Assembly: GCA_947478395.1 (NCBI GenBank)
Contig: CANJVR010000003.1
Location: 320,001-384,000, forward strand
Direction: 5' to 3'
DNA: 64,000 nt
Source of the DNA: Opitutia bacterium
GTDB taxonomy: Bacteria > Verrucomicrobiota > Verrucomicrobiia > Opitutales > Opitutaceae
The notes beneath the pieces were generated by a model. The model was not told the origin of the DNA. It saw only the letters and a program-made list of their open reading frames with translations, and searched no databases. The position numbers and the translations under genes were made by a program. Shown piece by piece: positions 56,592-64,000 of the stretch (position 1 is its first letter; the number at the start of each line of letters is the position of its first letter).

Positions 56592-57144
56592 AGACACCGA
56601 TCGTCTCCGTCACCACCGCTTCGACGGCATTCAGGAATTCGACAAGCGCCTCCCAAACTGGTGGCTGATGACACTCTACGGCTCGATCCTCTTCTGGGTC
56701 GGCTACTGGGGTTACTACCAATGGCTGAAAGCCGGCCCGGACGGCCCGCAGGAAATCACGCTGGCGATGAGCCGGATTGAGGCGGCGCGCCTCGCCTCGG
56801 CGCCGACGACGGACGATCCCAGCCTTTGGAAAATGAGCCGCAACCCCGTGATCGTCGAGTCGGGCCGGGCCACATTCAACACCACGTGCGCAAGCTGTCA
56901 TACCGACAAGCTCACCGGCGCGATCGGCCCCAACTTGGTCGACCGGCTCTGGATTCACGGCGGCAAACCCGCGGAAATCTACGTTACGGTGGACAAGGGC
57001 GTGCTCGCTAAAGGCATGCCGCCGTGGGGCCCCATCCTCGGCCCCAAGAAAGTCAGTGAGGCCGTCGCTTATATTCTCAGTTATCACACCGAAGGAGAAC
57101 CCATCGAGGTGCAGGCCGCGTGGATTCCCGTGCTGCCGAAGTGA
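56566..57144 (+). CDS. ccoP: cbb3 oxidase subunit III (monoheme CcoP)
   Basis: H.FDGI.E.D..LP.WW, CASCH, GPNL.D..W.HGG, GMP.W. Confidence 0.92.
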   Translation: MTPTNFPPEDTDRLRHHRFDGIQEFDKRLPNWWLMTLYGSILFWVGYWGYYQWLKAGPDGPQEITLAMSRIEAARLASAPTTDDPSLWKMSRNPVIVESGRATFNTTCASCHTDKLTGAIGPNLVDRLWIHGGKPAEIYVTVDKGVLAKGMPPWGPILGPKKVSEAVAYILSYHTEGEPIEVQAAWIPVLPK

Positions 57145-57174
57145 CGCGTACATTCGCGCCGTTTCTCCTTCGTC

Positions 57175-58617
57175 ATGTCCCCTCCCGTTGCTCCGCCGCC
57201 GAACCGCGATTCTGTCACCACGATTGCGGCCGATGGCTCGCGGCGTTTGCTCTATCCGGCGGACACCCACGGTAGATTCACGCGCGCGCGTCAGTGGTCG
57301 GCCGCAGGGCTGATCGTATTCTACCTTTCGCTGCCGTGGATCAAAGTTAATGGGTATCCGGCGGTATTCCTCGATATCACGGAGCGGCGCTTCCACCTCT
57401 TCGGCCTCACGCTGGCGGCGCAGGATCTCTGGCTGATGTTTTTCCTGATCACGGGCGTCGGCTTCTCGCTCTTCTTTATCACGGCGTTGTTGGGACGCAT
57501 CTGGTGCGGCTGGGCTTGCCCGCACACGGTATTCCTCGACCACGTGTACCGCCGCATCGAACGCTGGATCGACGGCGATGCGGTCAGCCGCCGTGCGCTC
57601 GCCGCGGCGCCGCTGACGGCCGGAAAGTTTTTCAAACGCGCGCTGAAGCATACGCTCTACGTGCTCGTCTCGGCGGTGATCACGCACCTATTCCTCGCCT
57701 ACTTTGTTTCTCTGCCGGCCGTGTGGGCGATGGTGAGCGCAGCGCCCGTGGAGCATTGGAGCGCGTTTGGCTTCGTCGCGGTCTATACCGGCGGGCTCTA
57801 TTTCAACTTCGCCTGGTTTCGAGAGCAGCTCTGTATCGTCATCTGCCCGTACGGCCGCATCCAGTCGGCCTTGATCGACGACAACTCACTCGTGATTGGC
57901 TACGACGCGAAGCGCGGCGAACCCCGCGGGAAAGTGGGCCCGCCGAACGCCGGCGCGTGCGTCGCTTGCAACCGCTGCGTTCAGGTCTGCCCCACCGGCA
58001 TCGATATCCGGCAGGGCCTGCAGATGGAGTGCATCGGCTGCACGGCGTGCATCGATGCGTGCGACGACGTGATGGACCGGCTGCATCGTCCGCGGGGGCT
58101 GATTCGCTACGACTCGCAAACCGCCTTCGCCGGCAAAACCACCCGCTGGCTGCGGCCACGCACAATTTTATACGGCGTCCTGCTCACCGTGGGCGCGACC
58201 GTCGCGACTTGGGCGCTGTCGACGGTACGACCAGCCAATCTTGGCGTCACTCGGATCACGGGCGCGCCCTACATCGTCAGTGCGGACTTTGTGCGGAATC
58301 AGTTTCTCGTGCGTCTGGTCAACAAGCGCAACGAGCCCGCGCGCTTCGTGCTCCGCGTCGGGGACGCGCCGGCCGCACTTCGGCAGACCGGCCTGACCTC
58401 GACCATCGAAGTCGCCGCGCTCGCCGAGATAGTCCAGCCGTTGGTACTGCAGATGCCGCGTGCGGCGTACACCGGTCCGTTTCACTTCGAGATGCGCGTG
58501 CGGGACGAGGCGGGGACGTTTCACCTGGAACGCACCGCGGAGTTTCTCGGGCCGGAAGCGCGTTTATTGCGGGAAGACGAGGAGGATGAAAAACGTGAGC
58601 ACGAATCCAAAAAATAA
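57175..58617 (+). CDS. ccoG: cbb3 accessory ferredoxin-like protein CcoG/FixG
   Basis: GRIWCGWACP, REQ.C...CPYGR.Q, two 4Fe-4S motifs. Confidence 0.95.
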   Translation: MSPPVAPPPNRDSVTTIAADGSRRLLYPADTHGRFTRARQWSAAGLIVFYLSLPWIKVNGYPAVFLDITERRFHLFGLTLAAQDLWLMFFLITGVGFSLFFITALLGRIWCGWACPHTVFLDHVYRRIERWIDGDAVSRRALAAAPLTAGKFFKRALKHTLYVLVSAVITHLFLAYFVSLPAVWAMVSAAPVEHWSAFGFVAVYTGGLYFNFAWFREQLCIVICPYGRIQSALIDDNSLVIGYDAKRGEPRGKVGPPNAGACVACNRCVQVCPTGIDIRQGLQMECIGCTACIDACDDVMDRLHRPRGLIRYDSQTAFAGKTTRWLRPRTILYGVLLTVGATVATWALSTVRPANLGVTRITGAPYIVSADFVRNQFLVRLVNKRNEPARFVLRVGDAPAALRQTGLTSTIEVAALAEIVQPLVLQMPRAAYTGPFHFEMRVRDEAGTFHLERTAEFLGPEARLLREDEEDEKREHESKK

Positions 58618-58741
58618 ACCGTCGCGTCTCTGGATCTGGTTCGCCGCGGCTTGCATAGTGCAGGTCGCGGTCTGGACGGGATGGATTGTTTTCGCGTCGA
58701 AGCACCGCGTGGCCGAGGTACCGTTGGCGACGGCGCGCTGA
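58586..58741 (+). CDS. Small single-TM protein (CcoH/FixH N-terminus-like)
   Basis: Fills the gap between ccoG and the next gene; one TM helix; start uncertain (58586 or 58595). Confidence 0.5.
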   Translation: MKNVSTNPKNKPSRLWIWFAAACIVQVAVWTGWIVFASKHRVAEVPLATAR

Positions 58742-58743
58742 CC

Positions 58744-59439
58744 ATGGAACTCGCCTCGATCAATTCGACCGGCGCTGCGTTTGTTGCCGGACTTGTCACG
58801 AGTCTGCATTGCGCGGGGATGTGTGGACCGCTGGCGTGTTCGCTCATGCCGCGCGGGCCGGAGCGTTCGAGTGCCGATGCGATCAGCACGACGTATCATC
58901 TTTCACGTTTGACCGCGTATGGCGTGCTTGGAGCGCTGGCGGGCGGACTCGGGCGCGCGCCACTTTCGTGGGTATCGCAGTCGGCGCTGCGTTGGCTGCC
59001 GTGGTTCACGGTGGTGCTGTTTCTGGCGATCGCGTTTCGCTGGGACCGGCATCTGCCGAAGATCGCGCTGCTCGGTCGCGGAGTTTTGAAATTGCAGACG
59101 TGGATGCAGGGTCGTTCGCGGGTGCAGGCGGCCGCAGTCCTTGGGTTTGCCACGCCGTTGCTGCCGTGCGGGCCGCTCTATTTTCTGGTCGCGTTGGCGT
59201 TGTTGTCGGGCTCGGCGCTGCGCGGGGTGGAGTTCATGGTGGCCTTCGGGCTCGGGACGGTGCCGTTGCTGTGGGTCGCGCAATCGCAATTTTTCTGGCT
59301 GCGAACAAAACTTTCGCCGCGGGCGATGGATGGTGCGCGTCAGACGCTCGCGCTCGCGGCGGCGTTGGTGGTTGCGTGGCGGCTGCGGGGCACGCTCGGT
59401 TTCGTCGGACCGGATCCGGCGTCGTGGATTTGTTTTTGA
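58744..59439 (+). CDS. TauE/SafE-like (DsbD_2) membrane protein of cbb3 loci
   Basis: SLHC.GMCGP, Y...R...Y, LPCG..Y, M..FG.GT.P. Confidence 0.9.
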   Translation: MELASINSTGAAFVAGLVTSLHCAGMCGPLACSLMPRGPERSSADAISTTYHLSRLTAYGVLGALAGGLGRAPLSWVSQSALRWLPWFTVVLFLAIAFRWDRHLPKIALLGRGVLKLQTWMQGRSRVQAAAVLGFATPLLPCGPLYFLVALALLSGSALRGVEFMVAFGLGTVPLLWVAQSQFFWLRTKLSPRAMDGARQTLALAAALVVAWRLRGTLGFVGPDPASWICF

Positions 59440-59440
59440 G

Positions 59441-61912
59441 ATGAGCGCGGCGGCCAATTTTCTGGACGTGGGCGGGGTGCCCTCACCCCGCATTGGGGGC
59501 GTCGAGCGGGGTCGGGGCACCCCGCCCACAGTTGGGAGAAAGCCATCCGTGACTTGCCGCCACTGCGGTGCCGTGCTGCTCGACGCCCGCATGCAGGAAT
59601 CCGGCTTCTGCTGCGTCGGCTGCGCCTACGTTTTCCGTCTCGTGCAGGAGCACGGCCTCGACGGCTATTACCGGATCAAGGACGAGATCACTGCGCCCGC
59701 GGATGCCGCGGTGTTTGAGTCTCGCGATTTCGGTTGGCTGGAAAGCGCGCAACGGGCAGCGGAGGATGCGACAAAAGAAATTCCGGGACTCACGCTCGAC
59801 GTTCAAGGCCTCTCGTGCGCCGGTTGCGTTTGGCTGATCGAGCGGATCTTTCAGCCTCTGCCGGGAGCGCGGGATATATTCGTCAACGCGCAGTACGGTT
59901 CGATGCGGCTGCGCTGGCAGCGCGGCGAATTTTCCGCGGTGGAGTTCGCGCGCAAGCTTCAGGGTTTCGGTTATCTCGTCGGGCCGGCCGGCGTGCATCC
60001 GGCTGAGCCGCAGAGCCGCGGGCTGGTGAAACGCATCGGGCTCTGCACGGCCTTCGCGATGAACGTCATGCTGTTCACGCTGCCGGCGTACTTCGGCATG
60101 GCGCCGACGTTTACTTATGCGCCGTTGTTTGGGCTGCTCTCGCTGGTGTTCGCGACGCTGAGCTTGCTCACGGGCGGAATTTATTTTTTTACGCGAGCGG
60201 CGCAGGCCTTGCGAGCCCGCGCGCTCAGCATCGATCTGCCGATCGCGCTCGGCATCGCCGGCGCCTACACGGGCTCGCTCTACGGCTGGTTCGCCGCGCA
60301 GGAACGCTTCATCTACTTCGATTTTGTTTCGGCCTTCATTCTCTTGATGCTCGTGGGACGTTGGGCGCAGGTCGCGGCGGTCGAGCGGAACCAGCGACGC
60401 TTGCTCTTACTGCAACCGCGCCCGCACGCGGTGAGGCTGGCCGATGGCCACACCGTTTCGCCGGAAAGTCTGCTCGGCCACGAAACGATGTTCATCGCTT
60501 CGGGTAATCTCGTCCCGGTCGAGGCGCGACTCGTGACGTCGAAAGCGGAGTTCTCGCTCGCGTCGATCAACGGCGAAGCCGAGCCGCGGTTGTTTTCCGC
60601 CGGTCAGCGTGTGCCCTCGGGCGCGATGAACGTGGGACGCGAGGACGTGTCACTCGTTGCACTCCAAGCGTGGGGCGAATCGCTGCTCGCGCAGTTGACG
60701 GCCCCGGCTGGAGCGTCGGGCTGGCGGCATGCGTTCCTGGAAAAAATTGTGCGCGGCTATCTCGCTGGGATTTTGCTCGCGGCCGCGCTGGCCGGCGTGG
60801 CGTGGTGGCTGGCGACCGGCGACGCGGTGCGGACGTGGGCGGTGGTGACTGCGACGCTGGTCGTGTCCTGCCCATGTGCCGTCGGACTCGCGTTTCCCCT
60901 CGCTGATGAAATGGCCACCGTGGCAGCGCGCCGGCGCGGCGTGTTTGTGCGCGAGGGCGAGTTGTGGGCGAAGCTCGGCCGTATCAGAAAAATCGTCTTC
61001 GACAAAACCGGGACGCTCACGTCGGAGACGCCGCAGCTGCAAAACCCCGAGGCCTTGGGCGCGTTGTTGCCCGAGCAACGCGCGGCTTTGCTCGCGCTCG
61101 TGCGGGCGCAATCGCATCCCGTGAGCCGGTGCCTGAGCGAGACCTTGCTCGCCGAGGCCGGCGGAAACGTGCTTGAAGGCGAGGTGCGTGAGACGGTGGG
61201 ATTTGGCGTCGAACTCGGAGATTGGTCGCTCGGTCGCAGCGGATGGCGCGACGCCAACGCGCCGGGTGATGAAACGGTGTTCGCGTTCGCCGGACGCGCG
61301 CTCGCGCGCTTTCGCTTCAGCGAGGCGATGCGCGCCGATGCGCGCGCCGAAGTGGCCGCACTTCGTGCGCGTGGATTTGAGGTGCACATTCTCAGCGGTG
61401 ATGCGCCGACAAAAGTCGAAGCGTTGGCGACGGCCCTCGGCTTGCCGTCCGCGCACGCTCGCTCGGCGATGTCGCCGCAGGAAAAGGCGGCGTGGCTCGA
61501 CGAGCACGGTGCAACCGACGCGTTGATGTTGGGCGACGGGGCCAACGATAGTCTGGCGTTTGATCGTGCGCTTTGTCGTGGCACGCCGGTGGTCCATCGC
61601 GGCGTGCTGGAGCGGAAGGCCGATTTTTATTATCTCGGCGGTGGCATTGGCGGGATTCGCGCTCTTATCGGGATCAACGCCGTGCGCCGCCGCACGCAGC
61701 GGATCATTTTGGGCTTCTCGATCCTCTACAATCTTCTCGCCGTCGGGCTCGCGGTGGCCGGCCAGATGAACCCGCTGCTCGCCGCCGCATTGATGCCGCT
61801 GAATTCGCTTCTGACCTTGGCGCTGGTGACGGCGGGAATGCGTTCCGCCTTTCGCGTCGAACCCAAGGATAAATCCCTTCCAGTCCAACTGGGCCAGACC
61901 GCGAGGGTTTGA
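59441..61912 (+). CDS. ccoI: CcoI/FixI-type P1B heavy-metal ATPase
   Basis: CRHCG..FCC.GC, CAGC HMA domain, CPC, DKTGTLT, HP, LSGD, GDG.ND, YN. Confidence 0.88.
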   Translation: MSAAANFLDVGGVPSPRIGGVERGRGTPPTVGRKPSVTCRHCGAVLLDARMQESGFCCVGCAYVFRLVQEHGLDGYYRIKDEITAPADAAVFESRDFGWLESAQRAAEDATKEIPGLTLDVQGLSCAGCVWLIERIFQPLPGARDIFVNAQYGSMRLRWQRGEFSAVEFARKLQGFGYLVGPAGVHPAEPQSRGLVKRIGLCTAFAMNVMLFTLPAYFGMAPTFTYAPLFGLLSLVFATLSLLTGGIYFFTRAAQALRARALSIDLPIALGIAGAYTGSLYGWFAAQERFIYFDFVSAFILLMLVGRWAQVAAVERNQRRLLLLQPRPHAVRLADGHTVSPESLLGHETMFIASGNLVPVEARLVTSKAEFSLASINGEAEPRLFSAGQRVPSGAMNVGREDVSLVALQAWGESLLAQLTAPAGASGWRHAFLEKIVRGYLAGILLAAALAGVAWWLATGDAVRTWAVVTATLVVSCPCAVGLAFPLADEMATVAARRRGVFVREGELWAKLGRIRKIVFDKTGTLTSETPQLQNPEALGALLPEQRAALLALVRAQSHPVSRCLSETLLAEAGGNVLEGEVRETVGFGVELGDWSLGRSGWRDANAPGDETVFAFAGRALARFRFSEAMRADARAEVAALRARGFEVHILSGDAPTKVEALATALGLPSAHARSAMSPQEKAAWLDEHGATDALMLGDGANDSLAFDRALCRGTPVVHRGVLERKADFYYLGGGIGGIRALIGINAVRRRTQRIILGFSILYNLLAVGLAVAGQMNPLLAAALMPLNSLLTLALVTAGMRSAFRVEPKDKSLPVQLGQTARV
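59468..59529. repeat. REP doublet within the 5' end of ccoI
   Basis: gtgggcggggtgccctcaccccgc ... gcggggtcggggcaccccgcccac (22/24 complementary). Confidence 0.85.
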
Positions 61913-62101
61913 ATCTCCGCGGCTTAGGCGCGAGTCGGTCGCGAAGAGGAGGGCGCGTTCCTCGATCGAAAATCCGGGATCTTCGACCTGATCGGTGGGA
62001 TCGGCGCTGGGGTTCGCTTCGTCTGTCCGCCGGGATACTTTTCGTATTTTGACTTCGCGCCGATTTTTTTCATTCGTGGTGGTCCCGCTAAATTTTACCC
62101 C

Positions 62102-62905
62102 ATGAAAAAATATCTCGTCCCCACGCTCGCGCTCGTCGCGCTGCTCCCGTTTGCGCTCGCGCAAGCACCCGCTCCGGTTGCCGCCCCGGCCGCCCCCGCT
62201 GCGGCGCCGACTCCGCCCGTGCATGTCGATGCTTCGGCGGCCATCGAGAAAAAGGATGCCACCGGAAAATTCCAAAAGCGCCACGCCGACTTTTTGGCCC
62301 GCGGCAAAGAGGGACCGATGGGCGTGCTCTTTCTCGGCGATTCCATCACCGAGGGCTGGACGAAGGCGCCGCACATCTGGGAGCATTATTACGGAAAAAT
62401 GCAGCCGGCCAATTTCGGGATCGGCGGCGACCAAACGCAGCACGTCGTCTGGCGGATCGAGAACGGCGAACTCGACGGTATCCATCCCAAGGTCGTCGTG
62501 CTGATGCTCGGCACCAATAACTCGGGCAGCCACACCGCCGATGAGATCGCGGCCGCAGACAAAAAGATTGTCGCGATGATTCGCGCGAAAATCCCGGAAA
62601 CGAAAGTGCTACTGCTCGCGATTTTCCCCCGCGGTCCCTCAAAAGACCGGCAGACCAATGCCGTGACCGAACGGACCATTGGGCTCGCCGCCAAGGCCAT
62701 GGCCACAATCACGGCGGCGAACGACCAGCTCGCGAAGCTCGATGACGGCGTGAACATCCGCTACCTCGACGTCGGGAAAAAATTTCTCGGCGACGACGGC
62801 AAGATCCCGTCGATCATCATGCCCGATCAACTGCACCCGACCGCTGCTGGCTATCAACTCTGGGCCGAGGCCATGCAGCCCTTGCTCGTAGAGATGATGA
62901 AGTAA
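62102..62905 (+). CDS. GDSL/SGNH hydrolase (PAF-acetylhydrolase-like), secreted
   Basis: GDSIT, NFGIGGD.T, GTNN, D.LH; signal peptide. Confidence 0.92.
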   Translation: MKKYLVPTLALVALLPFALAQAPAPVAAPAAPAAAPTPPVHVDASAAIEKKDATGKFQKRHADFLARGKEGPMGVLFLGDSITEGWTKAPHIWEHYYGKMQPANFGIGGDQTQHVVWRIENGELDGIHPKVVVLMLGTNNSGSHTADEIAAADKKIVAMIRAKIPETKVLLLAIFPRGPSKDRQTNAVTERTIGLAAKAMATITAANDQLAKLDDGVNIRYLDVGKKFLGDDGKIPSIIMPDQLHPTAAGYQLWAEAMQPLLVEMMK

Positions 62906-63032
62906 ATTGGCGGTCGTCCGGACCAAGGCTCCACGTGGGCCCCGGTCTGTGAATGGCTTTTGAGAGGGCGTTTAAGACGCCTCGAATCCGAACGTCCGAG
63001 CAGCGGAACGTGAAAGCCTTGTGGCTTTGGCC

Positions 63033-63356
63033 ATGAGCAACGAAATTACGCCGTTTGAACAGATCCGCCGGACCAACGCGGCGGGCAGCGGCTGGAAGAC
63101 CATTTCGTTGATATCACCGAAATGGTCGAGATCGGTAAGGGCGGGCAGCGTCCGGTGAAAACCGTGATGATGTCGCGCTACGCCTGCTACCTCGTCATCC
63201 AGAATGCCGATCCGGCCAAGGCAATCGTCGCCGTCGGCCAAACCTACTTCGCCGTCCAGACCCGCCGGCCGGAACTGAATGATCGTGAAATCGAAGATCA
63301 GCGTCGCCTCACCATCCGCTCGGAGCTGCGCCTACACAACAACCAGCTGGCCAACT
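63033..63356 (+). pseudogene. dinD: DNA-damage-inducible protein D remnant
   Basis: MSNEITPFEQIRR then a frame change to EDHFVDITEMV.IG.G..R.....SRYACYL..QN.DP.K..VA.GQTYFAVQTRR; 3'-truncated. Confidence 0.8.
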
Positions 63357-63396
63357 CAGATGATCCTGGTGATCCGACGATCGGTTCCGCGCCAAA

Positions 63397-64000
63397 TCAC
63401 GTCGCCGCGGTGACGAACGGCGTCGCCCGCTCGGCTTCGAGGCGCGGGAGCCGGACGATGAATTCAGTCCACGTCTCATCGGCGCGACCGAGCGCGAGGC
63501 TGCCCTTGTGCGCTTGGACGATGGCGCGGCACAAACTCAGCCCGAGTCCGCTGCCGCCCGACGCGCGGTTGCGATCGCTGTCGAGCCGGAAGAACCGCTG
63601 GAAAAGCTCCGCGTGTTTTTCGGCGGGAATACCGCGGCCGGTGTTGGCGAGCGAGAACACCACCTCGGCTCCTTCTGCTTTCAACTCGAAGCGCAGTTCG
63701 CCGTTCGGCTGGTTGTAGCGCACGGCGTTGTCGACCAGGTTCAGCAACACGCGGCGCAGTAGCACGGCATCGCCGGTGACGCGCAATTCGGGCGCGACGA
63801 TCGTCGCGATTTTGATGCGCGCGGGCGCGGCCATGAGTTCGGCGTCTTCGATGGCTTCGGTGACCTGGGCGCTGAAATCGACGGGTAAAAATTCGAGCTG
63901 GGTTTTTCCCGCGTCGAACCGGGCGAGCAAGAGGAGATTCGCGGAGATTTTTTGCAGTGAACCGGTTTGTTCGAGCAGGCTCACGAGCAGTTTTTCATGC
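63397..64000 (-). CDS. Sensor histidine kinase, C-terminal part (5' end outside window)
   Basis: LL.LAR.D, NLVDNAVRY, FQRFFR.D..R....GG.GLGL. Confidence 0.9.
   Translation of the reverse strand, partial: HEKLLVSLLEQTGSLQKISANLLLLARFDAGKTQLEFLPVDFSAQVTEAIEDAELMAAPARIKIATIVAPELRVTGDAVLLRRVLLNLVDNAVRYNQPNGELRFELKAEGAEVVFSLANTGRGIPAEKHAELFQRFFRLDSDRNRASGGSGLGLSLCRAIVQAHKGSLALGRADETWTEFIVRLPRLEAERATPFVTAAT

Noticed and set aside
40497..62000. tRNA-Glu-anchored integrative island
   Set aside because: No integrase and no duplicated tRNA 3' end (att site) seen; composition looks like the flanks
60650..62533. 627-aa minus-strand ORF
   Set aside because: Antisense shadow of ccoI and the GDSL gene, typical of high-GC DNA; the same applies to most overlapping ORFs in the track
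63122..63718. Intact 198-aa DinD-like protein
   Set aside because: The second half is read-through antisense to the histidine kinase gene; treated as a pseudogene

Overview
High-GC bacterial chromosomal window, most likely Verrucomicrobiota (Opitutaceae-like). This is inferred from the delta-60 repeat protein with a duplicated 'RLINLS..GFV..VLIRAIGPGL' C-terminal domain, the fused ccoNO and the repeat-derived peptides. 1-40.6 kb holds housekeeping and carbohydrate genes (GH88, PHP phosphatase, rlmN, rhombosortase plus GlyGly-CTERM lipoprotein, miaB, gmk, gnd, moa/moe cluster, giant delta-60 protein, esterases, uvrC, cinA, purC, tRNA-Glu). It is peppered with several families of short palindromic REP-like repeats, some apparently inserted in frame in genes. 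Beyond tRNA-Glu (40.6-62 kb) lies a coherent stress/low-oxygen block: a four-gene phosphorelay, a Cys-rich PocR-AraC regulator, an orphan ECF sigma, a HicA-like/release-factor-like fusion, ElaB-YqjE-YqjK, an atypical DksA, a nitroreductase, a K+ channel and a full cbb3 oxidase operon. The strongest novel signal is an ungapped 41-bp motif with a 21-bp direct repeat (CAA-N5-GCRSA x2). It occurs three times, each 17-18 bp upstream of a -10-like hexamer, in front of the cbb3 operon, dksA and the nitroreductase, suggesting an AraC(PocR)-controlled rather than FNR-controlled microaerobic regulon. No CRISPR, rRNA, integrase or transposase was seen. All calls come from motif recognition only; no database searches were run.
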